A stretch of 64,000 nucleotides of DNA from Octopus sinensis (lineage: Eukaryota), in contig NC_043012.1 in NCBI RefSeq assembly GCF_006345805.1, positions 51,026,001 through 51,090,000 of the forward strand, given 5' to 3'. Each line of letters starts with the position of its first letter. The stretch's first letter is position 1. The notes under the pieces are model-generated. The model was given only the letters and a program-made list of their open reading frames with translations, was not told the DNA's origin and made no database searches. Made by a program: the position numbers and the translations under genes. Of this stretch, positions 14,449 to 27,431 are shown one piece after another.

Positions 14449-14684
14449 CTATATATACTATATATATGAATAGTTTCAGTGTTTTAATGCCACAATGACC
14501 TTGAATCTTAAGTGAATTAATTTTTTTCTCGGGTTATATACAGTACAATGGAGACAACAGCAAGTTCAACCTCCATTTGTTTTATTAAAATCTCAGATAT
14601 TCGTAGGAGACGCATCTCTCGAATATTTGCAACAGTATGAACTCTGATAGACACTCCATCCCAAACGATCTGACTATGTAGGTT

Positions 14685-15125
14685 CTTTACCAGCAACGTG
14701 GATCCAGATACAGTCCTAATGCATGGCACCTTGGGCAAGTGTCTTCTGCTATAGCCTCGGGCCGATGAAAACTTGTTAGTGGATTTGTAGACGAAAACTG
14801 AAAGAAACCCGTCGCATATATATATATATATATATGTGTGTGTGTTGTGTGTGTGTGTGTGTGTGTGTTTGTGTGCGTGTGTGTGTCTTTCTGTGTGTGT
14901 GTGTATGTATATGTTTGTGTGTCTGTGTTTGCCCCACCCAACATCGCTTGACAACCAATGCTGGTGTGTTTACGTCCCCGTAACTTAGCGTTCTGCAATA
15001 ACAGAACGATAGAATAAGTAACAGGCTTACAAATAATAAGTCCTGGGTTCGATTTGCTCGACTAAAGGCGTTGCTCCAGCATGGCCGCAGTCAAATGTCT
15101 GAAACAAATAAGAGAAAGAGTAAAA
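14685..15125 (+). mobile_element. SINE family B (tRNA-like head, CORE-like ccttgggcaagtg, internal microsatellite, tail ...gcatggccgcagtcaaatg)
   Basis: Homologous to the other family B copies in the window; resembles octopus tRNA-derived/CORE-type SINEs (recalled). Confidence 0.85.
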
Positions 15126-15534
15126 AAAATAGTTAAGTTCTCGGCGACATATATTCCGTACGGTAGTAACGTAATCAAACCCCTTTCTGCAATCGTAAAA
15201 AAGAGAAATATTATTGAGAAATATATTTCTAGATTGAATTTGAAAATTTGTTCGTTTAATTACGGCTTAAATGGAGCTAAACAGATTAGAAATGTTTAAT
15301 GAAAAATCGGAAGCACATACTAGTCGCTTGATCCATAAGTTTGAATTAATTTACTCAATGAATGTTAATATAAGTAGAACACAGCAATTTACGTATCACA
15401 ATAACAGTGCAATATCTAAATACTGGACACGCTAGAAATATTTTCCTTTCATTACATTTGGATGATATTACACCGTGGATTTAAAGGTAAAACGAAGGGG
15501 TATGTTGAGACTAAATATCCATGTTACTCTTTTA

Positions 15535-15935
15535 TTCTTTTACTTTTTTTCATCATTTGACTGTGGCTATGCTGGAGCACCGCTCTTAGTCAAGGAAATC
15601 GAGCCCAGGACTTATTCTTTGGAAGCCTAGTACTTATTCTATCGGTCTCTTTTTGCCGAACAGCTAAGTTACGGGGACATAAACACACTAGCATCGGTTG
15701 TTAAGCGATGTTGGTGGGGAGAGACAAACACAGACGCACAAACACACACACACATATATATACATCTACATATATACGACGGGCTTCTTTTAGTTTCCGT
15801 CTACCAAATCTACTCGCAAGGCTTTTTTCGGCCCGAGGCTATAGTAGAAGACATTTGACCAAGGTGCCACACAGTGGGACTGAACTCGGAACCATTAGGT
15901 TGGTGAGCAAGCTATTTACCACACAGCCACTCTGC
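15535..15935 (-). mobile_element. SINE family B
   Basis: Reverse complement of 14685-15125. Confidence 0.85.
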
Positions 15936-17592
15936 GTCTATTAAGAAATAATAAATTAGAGAGTTTTTCAAACGGTATTTATATCAATTTCACAAATATA
16001 TTATTGATATCCAGTGCACTATCACGATCTAATATATTTCACACGTTCAACAATAACCTGTTTACTGCTGTTTCTAAACCAACATTGTCTCACACAGTTT
16101 GTTTTCGGTTTTAATCGGTGAACGAAAAATAAGGAATTGGATGGAACAACTCACTGTGGATGTTCCACCTCTCAAGCGTCTTATGTGTGCAAATCCCGCC
16201 GAGTTACTGATTTTCATTTTGAATTTTATCACTGAGTGATTGATAAATCATGTATTTGGGTGTTTTCTCTAAATCTTAGTCTTTGAATCAAATCCGTAAA
16301 CGGAAGAGGACAAAAACGAAGCGTTCCGACACTGGGCTCCCAAATTTTGTATCGATCACTAGGCACTTGATTGCAGAATCAGCTTTCTAATTACGAGATG
16401 GAACTCAGTAAAATATTTACCAATCAATAAAGCCACTCATATGATCAGAAACAAACAAATATACACGCGAAGGTCTGTTTTGCTATACCAAGCTCCTCCG
16501 AAAATTGCTGATAAAACCGATATTATATTAGAGGTACTTTCCCATTGTAGATATCGGTAGGTTTGAACCTAGAACCGCATTCGTTTCAGAACGAAATTCT
16601 TAGACCCCCGCCTAATTTCGCATGTATTATCCTATTTATTCAATGCAGCAGAAATAATTTAACACAATCCGTGGAACAATGTGCGATCGAATGCGAACGT
16701 TTTAACCCTGCACCTATGTTTGCATTTAATTTCATTCTCTTTTGCTAATGTAGAAGAAATAATCTAGCATACTCTACTTTAGATAAACAAATTTAGAATA
16801 TTTCTAATGTATTAGAGTCACCTCTAACAAAGTACAATAATAAGGTCGATGGAATTTAAAAATATAATCAACAATAAAATCTAAAATCAACAACAACTAT
16901 CATAATATCATCAATAATGGAACACTAATGACATTACTATCTACAGACACACAAACTATAACTATTACTGCAATAATATCAACAACAGTGAAAATAATGT
17001 AAGATTTAGGACAGGCGTAGAATGGAAAAAAATTGGTTTGCTCTAGTGTCATTTATCTTGATCGCTGAATCCTCTTCGTGTTACTATCGCAGTTTAACAG
17101 CATGCTTACTGAAAATGAGAATAAAAAATGTTTTAACGGCCCACTGAATTTTAGACTAAACGGATATCACAAAATTCGTAGCATCATGACTATCATTAAA
17201 TACGAGAAAGTTGATAAATTTGTGTCATTTGACATCTAATTCAAGCAATTGCTTTCAATTATCTTCGACTGCCTATGATAATCAATCAAGTTAAAATTAT
17301 ATCGATTTATTTCCGTGTCAGCTTTTTTTTTCTTTTTTCTTGTTTTGGTTTAATAGTTTGTTCTCTTTGCTTTTACTCCAGACTCAAAACAAAAATTTTA
17401 AATGAAATCATTATTTAATATTCACAGTTATAATTCATTACACTACGGCTTAATTAAGTGGATATGACATTCAAGGCAGTGCATTTCCATTTTAATATAA
17501 CGTTCAGATTTCAATTAGGTGGGCATAGCATGACATGAAAACGATGTTTAGAATATCATAGCAAATAAACTGTAGCGTGCAAGGCATTATCA

Positions 17593-17775
17593 GAGAGAGA
17601 GAGAGAAAGAGGAGGGAGGAAAGAGACAGACACACAGAGTAAGATAGAGAGAGAAAGAGAGAGGGGGAATAAGATAGGGAGTTGGAGAAAGAAAGATAGA
17701 TAGTGAAAGAGAGAGTGAGTGAAGGAGAGAGAGAGAGTGAAAAGAGAAAAAGAAGTAGGTAGGGAAATAGAGGGA
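17593..17775. repeat. (AG)n-rich polypurine tract
   Basis: Direct reading. Confidence 0.9.
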
Positions 17776-18323
17776 GAACGAGATATACATATACATACAT
17801 GTGTGTGCGTGCGCGCGTGCATGCGTTTAGCTATGTATATACATGTGTAGGTATATATGAGGGTGTGTTTATGCCTGAGTACAATGTGTTGTGTGTGTGT
17901 GTCTGTAAAGAAAGCTCGATAAATTATATCACACAAGTTTTCCCAAAAAATTCGTTTAAGTAGATTAATTATTATTTGTTTTGTTTTGTAAACTTAGAAT
18001 TTTATATTTAAAATATAAAGTAATCTATGAAACCAGTTGCATATTGTATATGAAAAGTTAACGATGCGGTACGGCATAAATATTAGAAAACTAACTTAAA
18101 TTCCTAAAAGAAAATATATAAAAATGTTACTGCCGACCCAATGTCTACAGCCAATGTTTTAATGTTTGAATCACTTGCTTCTTTTAGAATGAGGGAGTGG
18201 ATTTGTTGATATGTTATAAGCTCAGGCAGACCGACAGACCATTTTGCTGAAATCTTCAAACCACTGACCACGTATTTGTTCAAATATTTCGGATAAATTA
18301 TAATACCAGTAATACAGTGTTAA

Positions 18324-18751
18324 GATCTTTTCGGTTTGAACGGCAGTTTTTTCTAGCGGTGTCATATGAAATTGTCACCCATAATTATGACCGAAGTATC
18401 GATCTATTGCATTTCAATCTGTTTTAGGGTTAGGGTTAGGGTTTAGTTAGGGTTAAGGTTAGGGTTAGGGTTAGGGGTGGGGGAAGGGTATCTTTTTTTC
18501 TTCAGAAATGTAAATAAACCCAATCTGTTTCTTAAACGAGGGACATATTCATACGGCACAGAATGTTTTTCACCTTAATAGACGTCATTGATTGGTTGAA
18601 ATTGCAGAAATTGAAGAAAAATAAAACCAACAAATATATTACAAACTATAGAATTTTCTCAATAAAGCCAAGAGTAAAAGATGATTTATAAACAAGTATT
18701 TAGTTACGTGGAAATTATTTTTAAAATCTGCCCCGTTCAAACCGAAAAGAT
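18324..18751 (+). mobile_element. Non-autonomous TIR element (MITE-like) with internal (TTAGGG)n
   Basis: Ends gatcttttcggtttgaacggcag / ccgttcaaaccgaaaagat; telomere-like array at 18424-18476; homologous copies at 30944 and 38187. Confidence 0.9.
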
Positions 18752-19304
18752 GTTATGAACAAAATGTTTTAGATTCTTTGTCGTTATATGGATTAGATTG
18801 GAAAAAAATATTACTAATGAAGTGGACTGAATCTACGGTATGTGCTTAAAAACAGCATGTCATAAATAAATGTATATATTATCAAATATTTACATATATG
18901 CATAAATTTATGTAAATACATTCATGCTTTCTTCATCGCATTAAAATTTTAGCAGTGTATCAGGTAAATACCAGTAAATGATTGAGGATAATCACAAAAG
19001 AAAAGGTTAACGTGTAGATGTATAGAATAATGTGAGAATACGCATATATTAATATGAATTAGTAGAAAATATACATTTAGCTATATAACTGCTTATTATA
19101 CAAAGTCCCCAAATTTTAGGGTGTGCTGAACTATGCTTGGATATGTTCCATGTTTTATGTCGATTCCAACAACAGATACAGTCATCACTGTATCTAAGTA
19201 TCTTACACGACGAACCACATATATACATATCTCAATAAAGACACATATATAATGTTTTCAGAATAAACTTAATGCTATTTCGATAAGGATTGCTTCTATA
19301 TCTA

Positions 19305-19368
<64 letters not shown>

Positions 19369-19457
19369 TATATATATATGCTTGCACATAAATACATACC
19401 ACAGACAAGAGGCAGAGAGGCAGTCAAACAAAAAGACTGGCACAAAAACAAACAAGC

Positions 19458-19534
<77 letters not shown>

Positions 19535-19555
19535 TATAGATAGATAGATAGATAA
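19305..19555. repeat. (TA)n and (GATA)n arrays
   Basis: Direct reading. Confidence 0.9.
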
Positions 19556-20429
19556 ATGGATACAGAGATAGATAATCTATATATGTAGTTAGAAATATAT
19601 ATTACATGTTTATATACATGCATATACATAAACACGCACATTCATGTATTTATATGCAAGCAAACACACATATGGGTGTTTGCATGTATGTTTGTATCGA
19701 AGTCGTTTCTGATCCACGCTGTTTGCGAATAATATATAGATTATATAATTAAAATTATGGGCCTTCAAAAGCACAAATATATGAATTAAACTATCCACCA
19801 TTGGAAGCCTAATGTAAGCCTACTTTCTATTGGCGCATGATATTCTCTGCTAGCGAAAGAAAATGAGTTCCTATTCTCTGAGGGGAAGAACAGGGAAATG
19901 CATCGGGTTACCCGTTTTTCTTCATATAAGTGACTTAGAGCTCATATATTTATTAACATTGAAATGTTTTTAATATCAGCCAGGCTTTCTCATATATGTA
20001 CACATGCGCGCGCGCGCATTTCTGCAGCTTAGGAATATATTTCTCAGTATATATCTCAAAAGAAAGAAATTATGTGTTACAAGAGTCAAAATAAGTTACA
20101 GGAGTCAAAATAAAATGTATACGTAATAAAGTCAACGCGTTCAGAGGTTTTTGTTTCTGATCTGACTTCCAAAAACATGTTGAAGTAAGGTGACTTACTG
20201 CTAGGTACAGATTTCGTTTGGGGCTAACAATATGAATTGATACACGGTATGCGTCAAACGAAGATGCAGAGCGAGAACTTTATCTATGCAAGACCACTTT
20301 ACGTGTTTATGCACGCACATACTGACTAAAAAACACATGCACACATTCGCACATACACAATTGCTTGTTCATACATGTGCACATAGACACAACCAAGCGT
20401 ACATATATGGTCATAGAAGCGTTTATATA

Positions 20430-21979
20430 TATCCTCTCCGCCTGCAACTGCCTCACGGAAATGATCTCCAAATAACTCGACCGTTTCCTTGCCCCCTAGT
20501 GGCTTCCATGACACTAACCATGCCTTCCGTCTTATTAACTCTCCCAAATCCCCTTCTGACCACTCTAAAATATTTTTCACTCTTGATATCAAGAGTTGAT
20601 ATACGGTGATCGCAAACAATGAAGGGCTTCTTGCGCTCAAGCACATCCTAGACCTTCGACCTGACCCTCAACCTGACATTCCACACTTCTTCATCTCACC
20701 GAACTTGTTCACTCCTGATCCAGGGCACGTTCTGTTGACCGTGCCACTGCTCTTTGTTGTCGTACTCACCCTGCCGTTGCCCGTGTCCCGTTTACCCTCA
20801 CCTATCACCCCTCCACCCTGCCCCGCCTGGACCACATTTACTGACATAACCCCACCGCCCAGCTTGGCTCATTCTTCTGCTCTCACCCACGCTCTCGCAC
20901 CCGCTCCTACATCTACAACACCACCATCATCACAGGCACCCATAATCGTCCCTATCATATCACCGACTCCATTTACCTGCACTTCTAGCAAAATCAATTA
21001 CTGCATCTCCTGGTCTCTCTGTCTTTCCCTATACATCGGTCAAACGGGACGCAGCTTAGCTTGGCTGACCGGTTCGCGGAATACCTCCGAGACATGAGGC
21101 TCGGCAGTGAAACGCCGGTCTCGCGCCATTTCCGCTCTACCGGCCATTCGCTACAACATCCGTGTTTGGACTGCCTGTTCACAGGAGCCATCCGGATTCC
21201 CGCCTTCACCCTGAATAAGATTTAATCTTCCCGCTTCGGTCCTTTGTGCATATGGGGTCGACTCACCTCTTCTCTTCATCTGACAGCAACCTTACCTCCT
21301 CTCTTCATTTGGTACCAACCCCACACACGATAGGACTGACCACTTCGCAGCAACTACACCATCATCCACATACCACATACAATTTTCAATATTGTCAACA
21401 AACTTACCATTGTATGAGCAGCCACACACTCTTTAACTCAGTACACACACAAAACGCATTGACACACGCAACATACATAGACAAAGAAAACTTTTGTTCA
21501 CCTACATGCACCATACACATGCACACCATTTGGTTACAAACACACGCACACGAGCACATACCACATGAAAAAGCACAGCTGCACACACAACACACACACA
21601 TTACATGCGCACATACTCACACACACACTCACACCTCAGAGCCACTCACTCCTATTCACACATACACACTTACACACTCACACACACTATTCTCAAATAC
21701 ACACACACGTAAACGCACCTTCTCTTGCTGGGATTAGTAACACATTTATTTAAAGTCATTTTTATTATTATCTCCCTTTCTTTCAATACTGCATGATTGT
21801 TGAACCGATGAAGTCTACAGCTTTTTCATTCTCTCCCTCTTTATTTTCTCATATTCTATCCTGTTGAAGACCTTAGGCTCAAAACGTAACAGAATTAAAT
21901 TTTTTTCCGAGCGTCAAACTATTACACTTGTTTGTTGTTCATACACCAATCTTCGTCTTTTGGTTTTCTATAAATTTGA

Positions 21980-21985
<6 letters not shown>
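20430..21985 (+). mobile_element. Penelope-like element remnant (RT N-terminal part, GIY-YIG endonuclease, terminal module)
   Basis: DTNHAFRLINS...FFTLDIKS*YTVIANNEGLLALKHILD (RT); FTCTSSKINYCIS...LYIGQTGRSL...RFAEYLRD...[16 protein letters not shown] (GIY-YIG, YIG at 21032-21040). Most of the RT is deleted; the terminal module at 21850-21985 abuts (TA)n. Confidence 0.9.
21854..21894 (+). ncRNA. Degenerate hammerhead-like motif, CUGUUGA core
   Basis: UUCUAUC-CUGUUGA-A-GACC(UUAG)GCUC-AAAAC-GUA-ACAGAA; point-mutated homolog of 56062-56099. Confidence 0.4.
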
Positions 21986-22024
<39 letters not shown>

Positions 22025-22243
22025 TATATATATAATATATATATATATACACACACATATCACCCACTTTGCCCATACCAGGACCTAACAACACGTGGTA
22101 TTGTTCATATGGAAGGCAGATTCACAGAAAACATATTCGCATTGCACTTCATGTGAAAATTAAATTGGCTTTCAAGGAGAGTAAAGTTACCGTGTGCCTA
22201 ATATATTCATCTGCTGAAAGTTACTTAATATTTGCTATTATGG

Positions 22244-22656
22244 AAGGAGGCGAGCTGGCAGAAACGTTAGCACGCCGGGCGAAATGCGTAGCCGTATTTC
22301 GTCTGCCATTGCGTTCTGAGTTCAAATTCCGCCGAGGTCGACTTTGCCTTTCATCTTTTCGGGGTCGATTAAAAAAGTACCAGTTACGCACTGGGGTCGA
22401 TATAATCGACTTAATCCGTGTGTCTGTCCTTGTTTGTTCTCTCTATGTTTAGCTCTTGGCAGTAAAGAAATAGGTTTTTCTTCTGCCGCTACGTTCTGAG
22501 TTCAAATTCCACCGAGTTCAACTTTACTTTTCATCTTTTCGAGGTCGATAAATTAAGTACCAGTTGCATACTGGATCCGATCTAATCGACTGGCCCCTGC
22601 CCCTCCCCACCCCCGAAAAAAAATTCGGACCTTGTGCTAAAAGTAGAAATAATATT
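22244..22656 (+). mobile_element. SINE family A, dimeric (Meta/MESC-like central domain gcctttcatcctttcggggtcgataa...gtaccag)
   Basis: Head gagctggcagaa.cgttagc, B-box-like gagttcaaattcc; second unit starts near 22472. Confidence 0.85.
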
Positions 22657-23069
22657 AGCCTTATGCTTCGTTTCTTAATTTCACATATCCAATCGTATTT
22701 AAATTAATGGAAAATTTTGTTTCGTTTGAGACTATTATCAAGCACGATACGTCATTGTTTTGTTGATCATTTAAAAAATTTAAGTTATTAGAAAAAAACA
22801 TATGTGAGGTAAAACTGGAATGTCGGAAGATAAAACACCCGTGCAATTAAAATATTTTCATAATGGGGAAATCGGATTGCTTAGCTGAGAAACCTGCATC
22901 CCAAACATGGAAATGCAGTACATGTAGTAATAAAATATTAAAAATTGCAATGAACACGCTTTTCATATGGCATTAGGGAGGTAACTATTACAGCGATGTC
23001 ATCTCTGAGTGTTTTCCCAACAATATTCTATAATATTGATTTTTAATTTTAATATAATATCATTCATTT

Positions 23070-23260
23070 CCGGGCAGGGATAAGCCAATTACATTAACCC
23101 CAGTACTCAACTGTTACTTATTCTATCGAGCGCAAAATGCTTGAACGGCAAAATTGATCTCTGCTGAATTTGAACTCCTGACGTGTAAACGGACGAAATG
23201 CCGTTAGTAACTTCGCCCAGAGTGCCAGAGTGCCAATGATTCCGTCAGTTCATCACCTTA
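23070..23260 (-). mobile_element. SINE family A, degenerate
   Basis: Reverse complement contains gagttcaaattcagcagag and aagtaacagttgagtactgggg. Confidence 0.7.
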
Positions 23261-24734
23261 ATAATATTTCATAATATTAAGCATAGATAAATTGTAGAGG
23301 TTTCGTAGAGTGGAACATCCTACATTGAATTGCTTATTAGCAAACCAGCAGTCAGTATTAATACTTCACACTTCATATAATTTGAAATGAACTATTATTT
23401 TCTAGTTTGAGAGAAATCATGCAGTAAAGTTTTACTCGGACCCTGTGTTCAGTAATTCCCCATGCCATGAATTTTCATTTAGGCCTTCATATTCAACGTA
23501 TAACTGGAAGTAACATCGTTGTACATGAATGATCTAGAGAGTGAAGCATACACAAAAATAAAAATTAGATATTTGAGGACACAGAAAGAAAATTTCAGAA
23601 ATATACAACAGATGTAACATGAAAGGCGATATATCTTCATGACTGTGTTCTTGACGACAATTTGAAATTGTATCACCAAAACATGGACTGAATCACAAAA
23701 GCATTGTTATTTGATGGGGAACAACTGAACTTTAATGTGTGCATCAATGGTAAGTAAACAGTTGACATGATAGTGACAGAAAGAGAGGAAAGGTTAAAGT
23801 GAGACAAAGAGAAATGTCAGGAGAAACATTTTATTTAGGAGTGTGAGAGGGGGGAAAGAGTAAAAGAAAGAAATTTGATGCTGTAGTTGAAGTGGAGAAA
23901 CGCGAAAAGTATATAGAAGATGAACAAATAATTATGGCTAAGTATTTGCTTTGCAAGATTTCTGATGTGAAATCTTATGTTGAAACATATTATATTTTGA
24001 GAAATTCATACGCAAAAATATGAATTATTAATAAATTCATTACTGGGTATGAATGGAAACAATATGTAGGATAAATATTTATTTTTCTATTAATATTATA
24101 TCATATTTATTGTAATATAATATGTTAATATTTTATATTTAAAATATGTCAATCGTAAATTTCCATTTTCTTTTAATTTTTGTATAATCCTTATGAATTG
24201 TGACACGTTTTTCTGTACCATATTGGGTTTTAACTGAAAAACCAGTGGGAAATTGGTTGTTTTTCCATCCGTAAATGTGACAAAAACAGGACGTAAAAAC
24301 AATACAATTAAAAACAACTACAAAATAAAAATACAATTACAAAAAATACAGTACAAGAAGGAATGAATACATACATGCACACATGACATACACTCCCACA
24401 CACAAACATACAAAATTTACAGTGAGTCACCGTATAGCACTGTCAGTCACCGTACGGAGACGACAAAAGCATAGGAGAGGTTATCTCTTAATCCAACACT
24501 CAATATCGCCTGTATAGTGTCTGTAGCCGATTAAGAGACAACTACTCCGACATGTAAACATCTCACAGTCCAGCTAGGTGGCACTGCAAACTGATCTAGA
24601 TGTATACACACTATCTGTCAGCAAGCAAGATATTTTCTCAGTAAGAAAACATAGTCAGTAGCTCCTTCCCCTATTCGAACGTGCATCAAGCATATATGAA
24701 CTGACAATAACATTGCAATATATATATATATATA

Positions 24735-24893
24735 CGGCAGGCATCATTCAGTTTCCGTCTACCAGATCCACTCATAAGGCTTTGATCGGTCCGTAGCTAT
24801 AGTAGAAAACGACTTACCGAAGATGCCACGCAGTAGGACTGACCCCTGAACCATGTAGTAACCTAAGCTTCTTACCATAGAGCCACTTCTGCG

Positions 24894-24895
<2 letters not shown>
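24735..24895 (-). mobile_element. SINE family B, head only
   Basis: cagtttccgtctacc...cttcttaccatagagcc. Confidence 0.8.
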
Positions 24896-24945
<50 letters not shown>

Positions 24946-25019
24946 ATATTCACATATATATATTTATTTATACATATATCTATATATACATACGTACATA
25001 CATACATATACATATATAT

Positions 25020-25241
25020 ATTCCTTTATTCTTTTACTTGTTTCACCAATTTTATTTCGGCCATGCTGGAGCACCACCTTTAGTCGAGCAAATCGACCCC
25101 AGGACTTATTCTTTGTAGGCCTAATACTTATTTTATCGGTGTCTTTTGCAGAACCGTTTAGTTTCGGGGACTCAAACGCACCACCATCAGATGTCAGTCG
25201 ATGGTAGGAAGACAAATAAAAACAGACACACACACACAAAT

Positions 25242-25322
<81 letters not shown>

Positions 25323-25470
25323 TGGGCTTCTTTTATTTTCCGTCTACCAAATTCGTTCAAAGGATTTCGTCAGCCTGAGGCTATAGTAGCAGACCATTGC
25401 CTAAGGCGCCATTCGATGGGTCGGAACCCAGAACCATGTTGTCTGTTAGCAAGTTTCTTACCACACAGCT
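25020..25470 (-). mobile_element. SINE family B
   Basis: Tail (25020-25235), microsatellite and head (25320-25470) in reverse orientation. Confidence 0.85.
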
Positions 25471-26955
25471 AAGTCTATATACATAGATATAACGTGTATA
25501 AATTTAAAGCGCGAGTGTGTATGAATATTTGGTAGATATATTGATAAATATAACGATGATGATCGGTTATATTAATCCTTTTTGTGCTAGGGATGGACCT
25601 ACGTCTGATAGTATGCCAAACAATGCAGTAAAAAACTAATTGCTTTGGACATCAGCATGTAGTTAAAATTTCTTGTAGACATGGTATTCAGACTCAAAAA
25701 AATAAAGAACAAATTTAACAAGAAGAAATGCATACGTAACTCGTGATATCTTTGATCAACTTTTTTTTCTTCTTTTAGTAGATATGCATTTTATACGTTT
25801 ATATCAAACATTTAAAGTTATCCGTACTTCTGAATATTAAATGTCAGCTTTTACTCACTGCAAAATATAATTTGCTTGAAGGTATATTTTTGTTACTATG
25901 TGATAGTTATCTTTCGAATTATATCTTTTTCTTCGTTTCACAAAACAAACATCAATGCGAACTTGAAATCTCAACTGTTTAATTTCTGTCACTAAGACGC
26001 AAGTTAAAGTATTCAGGTAGAAAAAAAATCGTTGTAATCTTTAGGTAATCAAATGCTCTTATACTCTTTTTGGTAATGAAACACTCATGAGCAAATACTC
26101 TTTCTTTTTTCAAATTGTCACTATTGCAGTGTATCAGAGAGCTCCACATAGACCTCTTTTGTTTGAATTACCTATGGACTTGATATATTTTGTGAACAAT
26201 ATATGCATAAATTCATAGTTTGGAAATTCTTCGCATACAACCTAAAATTTATGTGTATGCTATTCTAACATTACTCTTTATATTACAGACTGAAATTGAA
26301 GTTTCTTATACAGGTGTAGTAAGACCGCGTGGCGCATTCTTTACAAATTCTGCTGATTTATTACCAAGATTCAGCTGGAGTTCAGTTCATAACTTATTAT
26401 TGTAATCATTATTCCCATATTTCTAAAATACAAGTGTATGTCTATTATGTATGTCTTGAAAGAGTAAATTTTAGAACGTGTACATATTGACAGTTAACAT
26501 CTGCATCCATTCTCAAAGTGAATCGTTGCCATACTTAAATAAGATATACATATCCGAACCAATTTGCTGCTGCCTCCACAGCAGAAACTACGGATTATTT
26601 CTGTTTGGCTTTCAGTTTTCAAATTTCAGTTTCAAATTGATGTAGTTTTATATGCTAATTATCGGAAAAAAAATTCGTATTTGTCATAAATTAATAAATA
26701 AAGTGTTAAGAAAATTTCAAGCTTGCAAATTTTGGATAAGTTTACCCAATCATTATCCATAGATATATAGGTGCCACTTTCCTTTGTAACAAACCAAGTT
26801 TTTGCTTAAAACTACTATTGTTACTACGTACCTATATTCTGAACATTCGTTTCTGAAATTTCGCTTGAAAAAGTGTATTAATTGCCCACACCAAATGAAC
26901 TTTTACGACAGCATAACGTACAGTCAGATTTTATTTATTTCTACATTCAAATTGC

Positions 26956-27145
26956 ATACGTTCACGACCTTTTGGCTGAGATCAAAGTGTAGTATCTGTT
27001 CTTATCAGGTTAAAATCTCATACGGTTCCTATTTGGGACCACAATATTAAACTGATTTTTAGAATGAAGCAAAGTCAGGGACTTTCTTCGCCTTTACCAC
27101 GGGTTGGCCTGGTATTATAGTACTTCCAGAATTCAGCCCATCTTC
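26956..27145 (+). pseudogene. U2: U2 snRNA, full length, variant or pseudogene
   Basis: ccttttggctgagatcaaagtgtagtatctgttcttatcag (branch-site recognition GUAGUA intact); stem IIb ggttcc/gggacc; Sm-like gattttta; stem III gaagcaaagtc/gactttcttc; stem-loop IV gggttggcctgg-tattatagtactt-ccag...cagccc. Substitutions in stem I, stem IIa, the Sm site and loop IV. Confidence 0.92.
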
Positions 27146-27154
27146 AAAAGAATC

Positions 27155-27318
27155 AGTGCAGTCATGGTTGTGTGGTAAGAAGCTTGCTTCCCAACCACAT
27201 GGTTCCGGGTTCAATCTCACCACATGACACCTCGAGCAAGTGTCTTCTACTATAGCCTCGGGTCGACCAAAGCCACGTGAATGGATCTGGTACACAGAAA
27301 TTGAAAGAAACCCATCGT
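27155..27318 (+). mobile_element. SINE family B, head only
   Basis: gtgtggtaagaagcttgcttcccaaccacatggttccgggttcaa...; ends in (TA)n. Confidence 0.85.
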
Positions 27319-27325
27319 ATATATA

Positions 27326-27369
<44 letters not shown>

Positions 27370-27431
27370 CCAAAAAATAAGCAACAAGAATGGATCCGGT
27401 AATTTAGTACAATTGTTTCATACTATAACAA

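Noticed and set aside
18424-18476. True telomere or chromosome-fusion scar
   Set aside because: The array is short and embedded in a dispersed TIR element present three times.
24570-24586. CTCF-like motif cagctaggtggcac
   Set aside because: Partial match of a short motif with no supporting context.
26171-26240. Minus-strand 70-nt exon-like segment VVCEEFPNYEFMHILFTKYIKSI
   Set aside because: Acceptor lacks a pyrimidine tract, no recognisable homology, and it cannot be linked to other exons.
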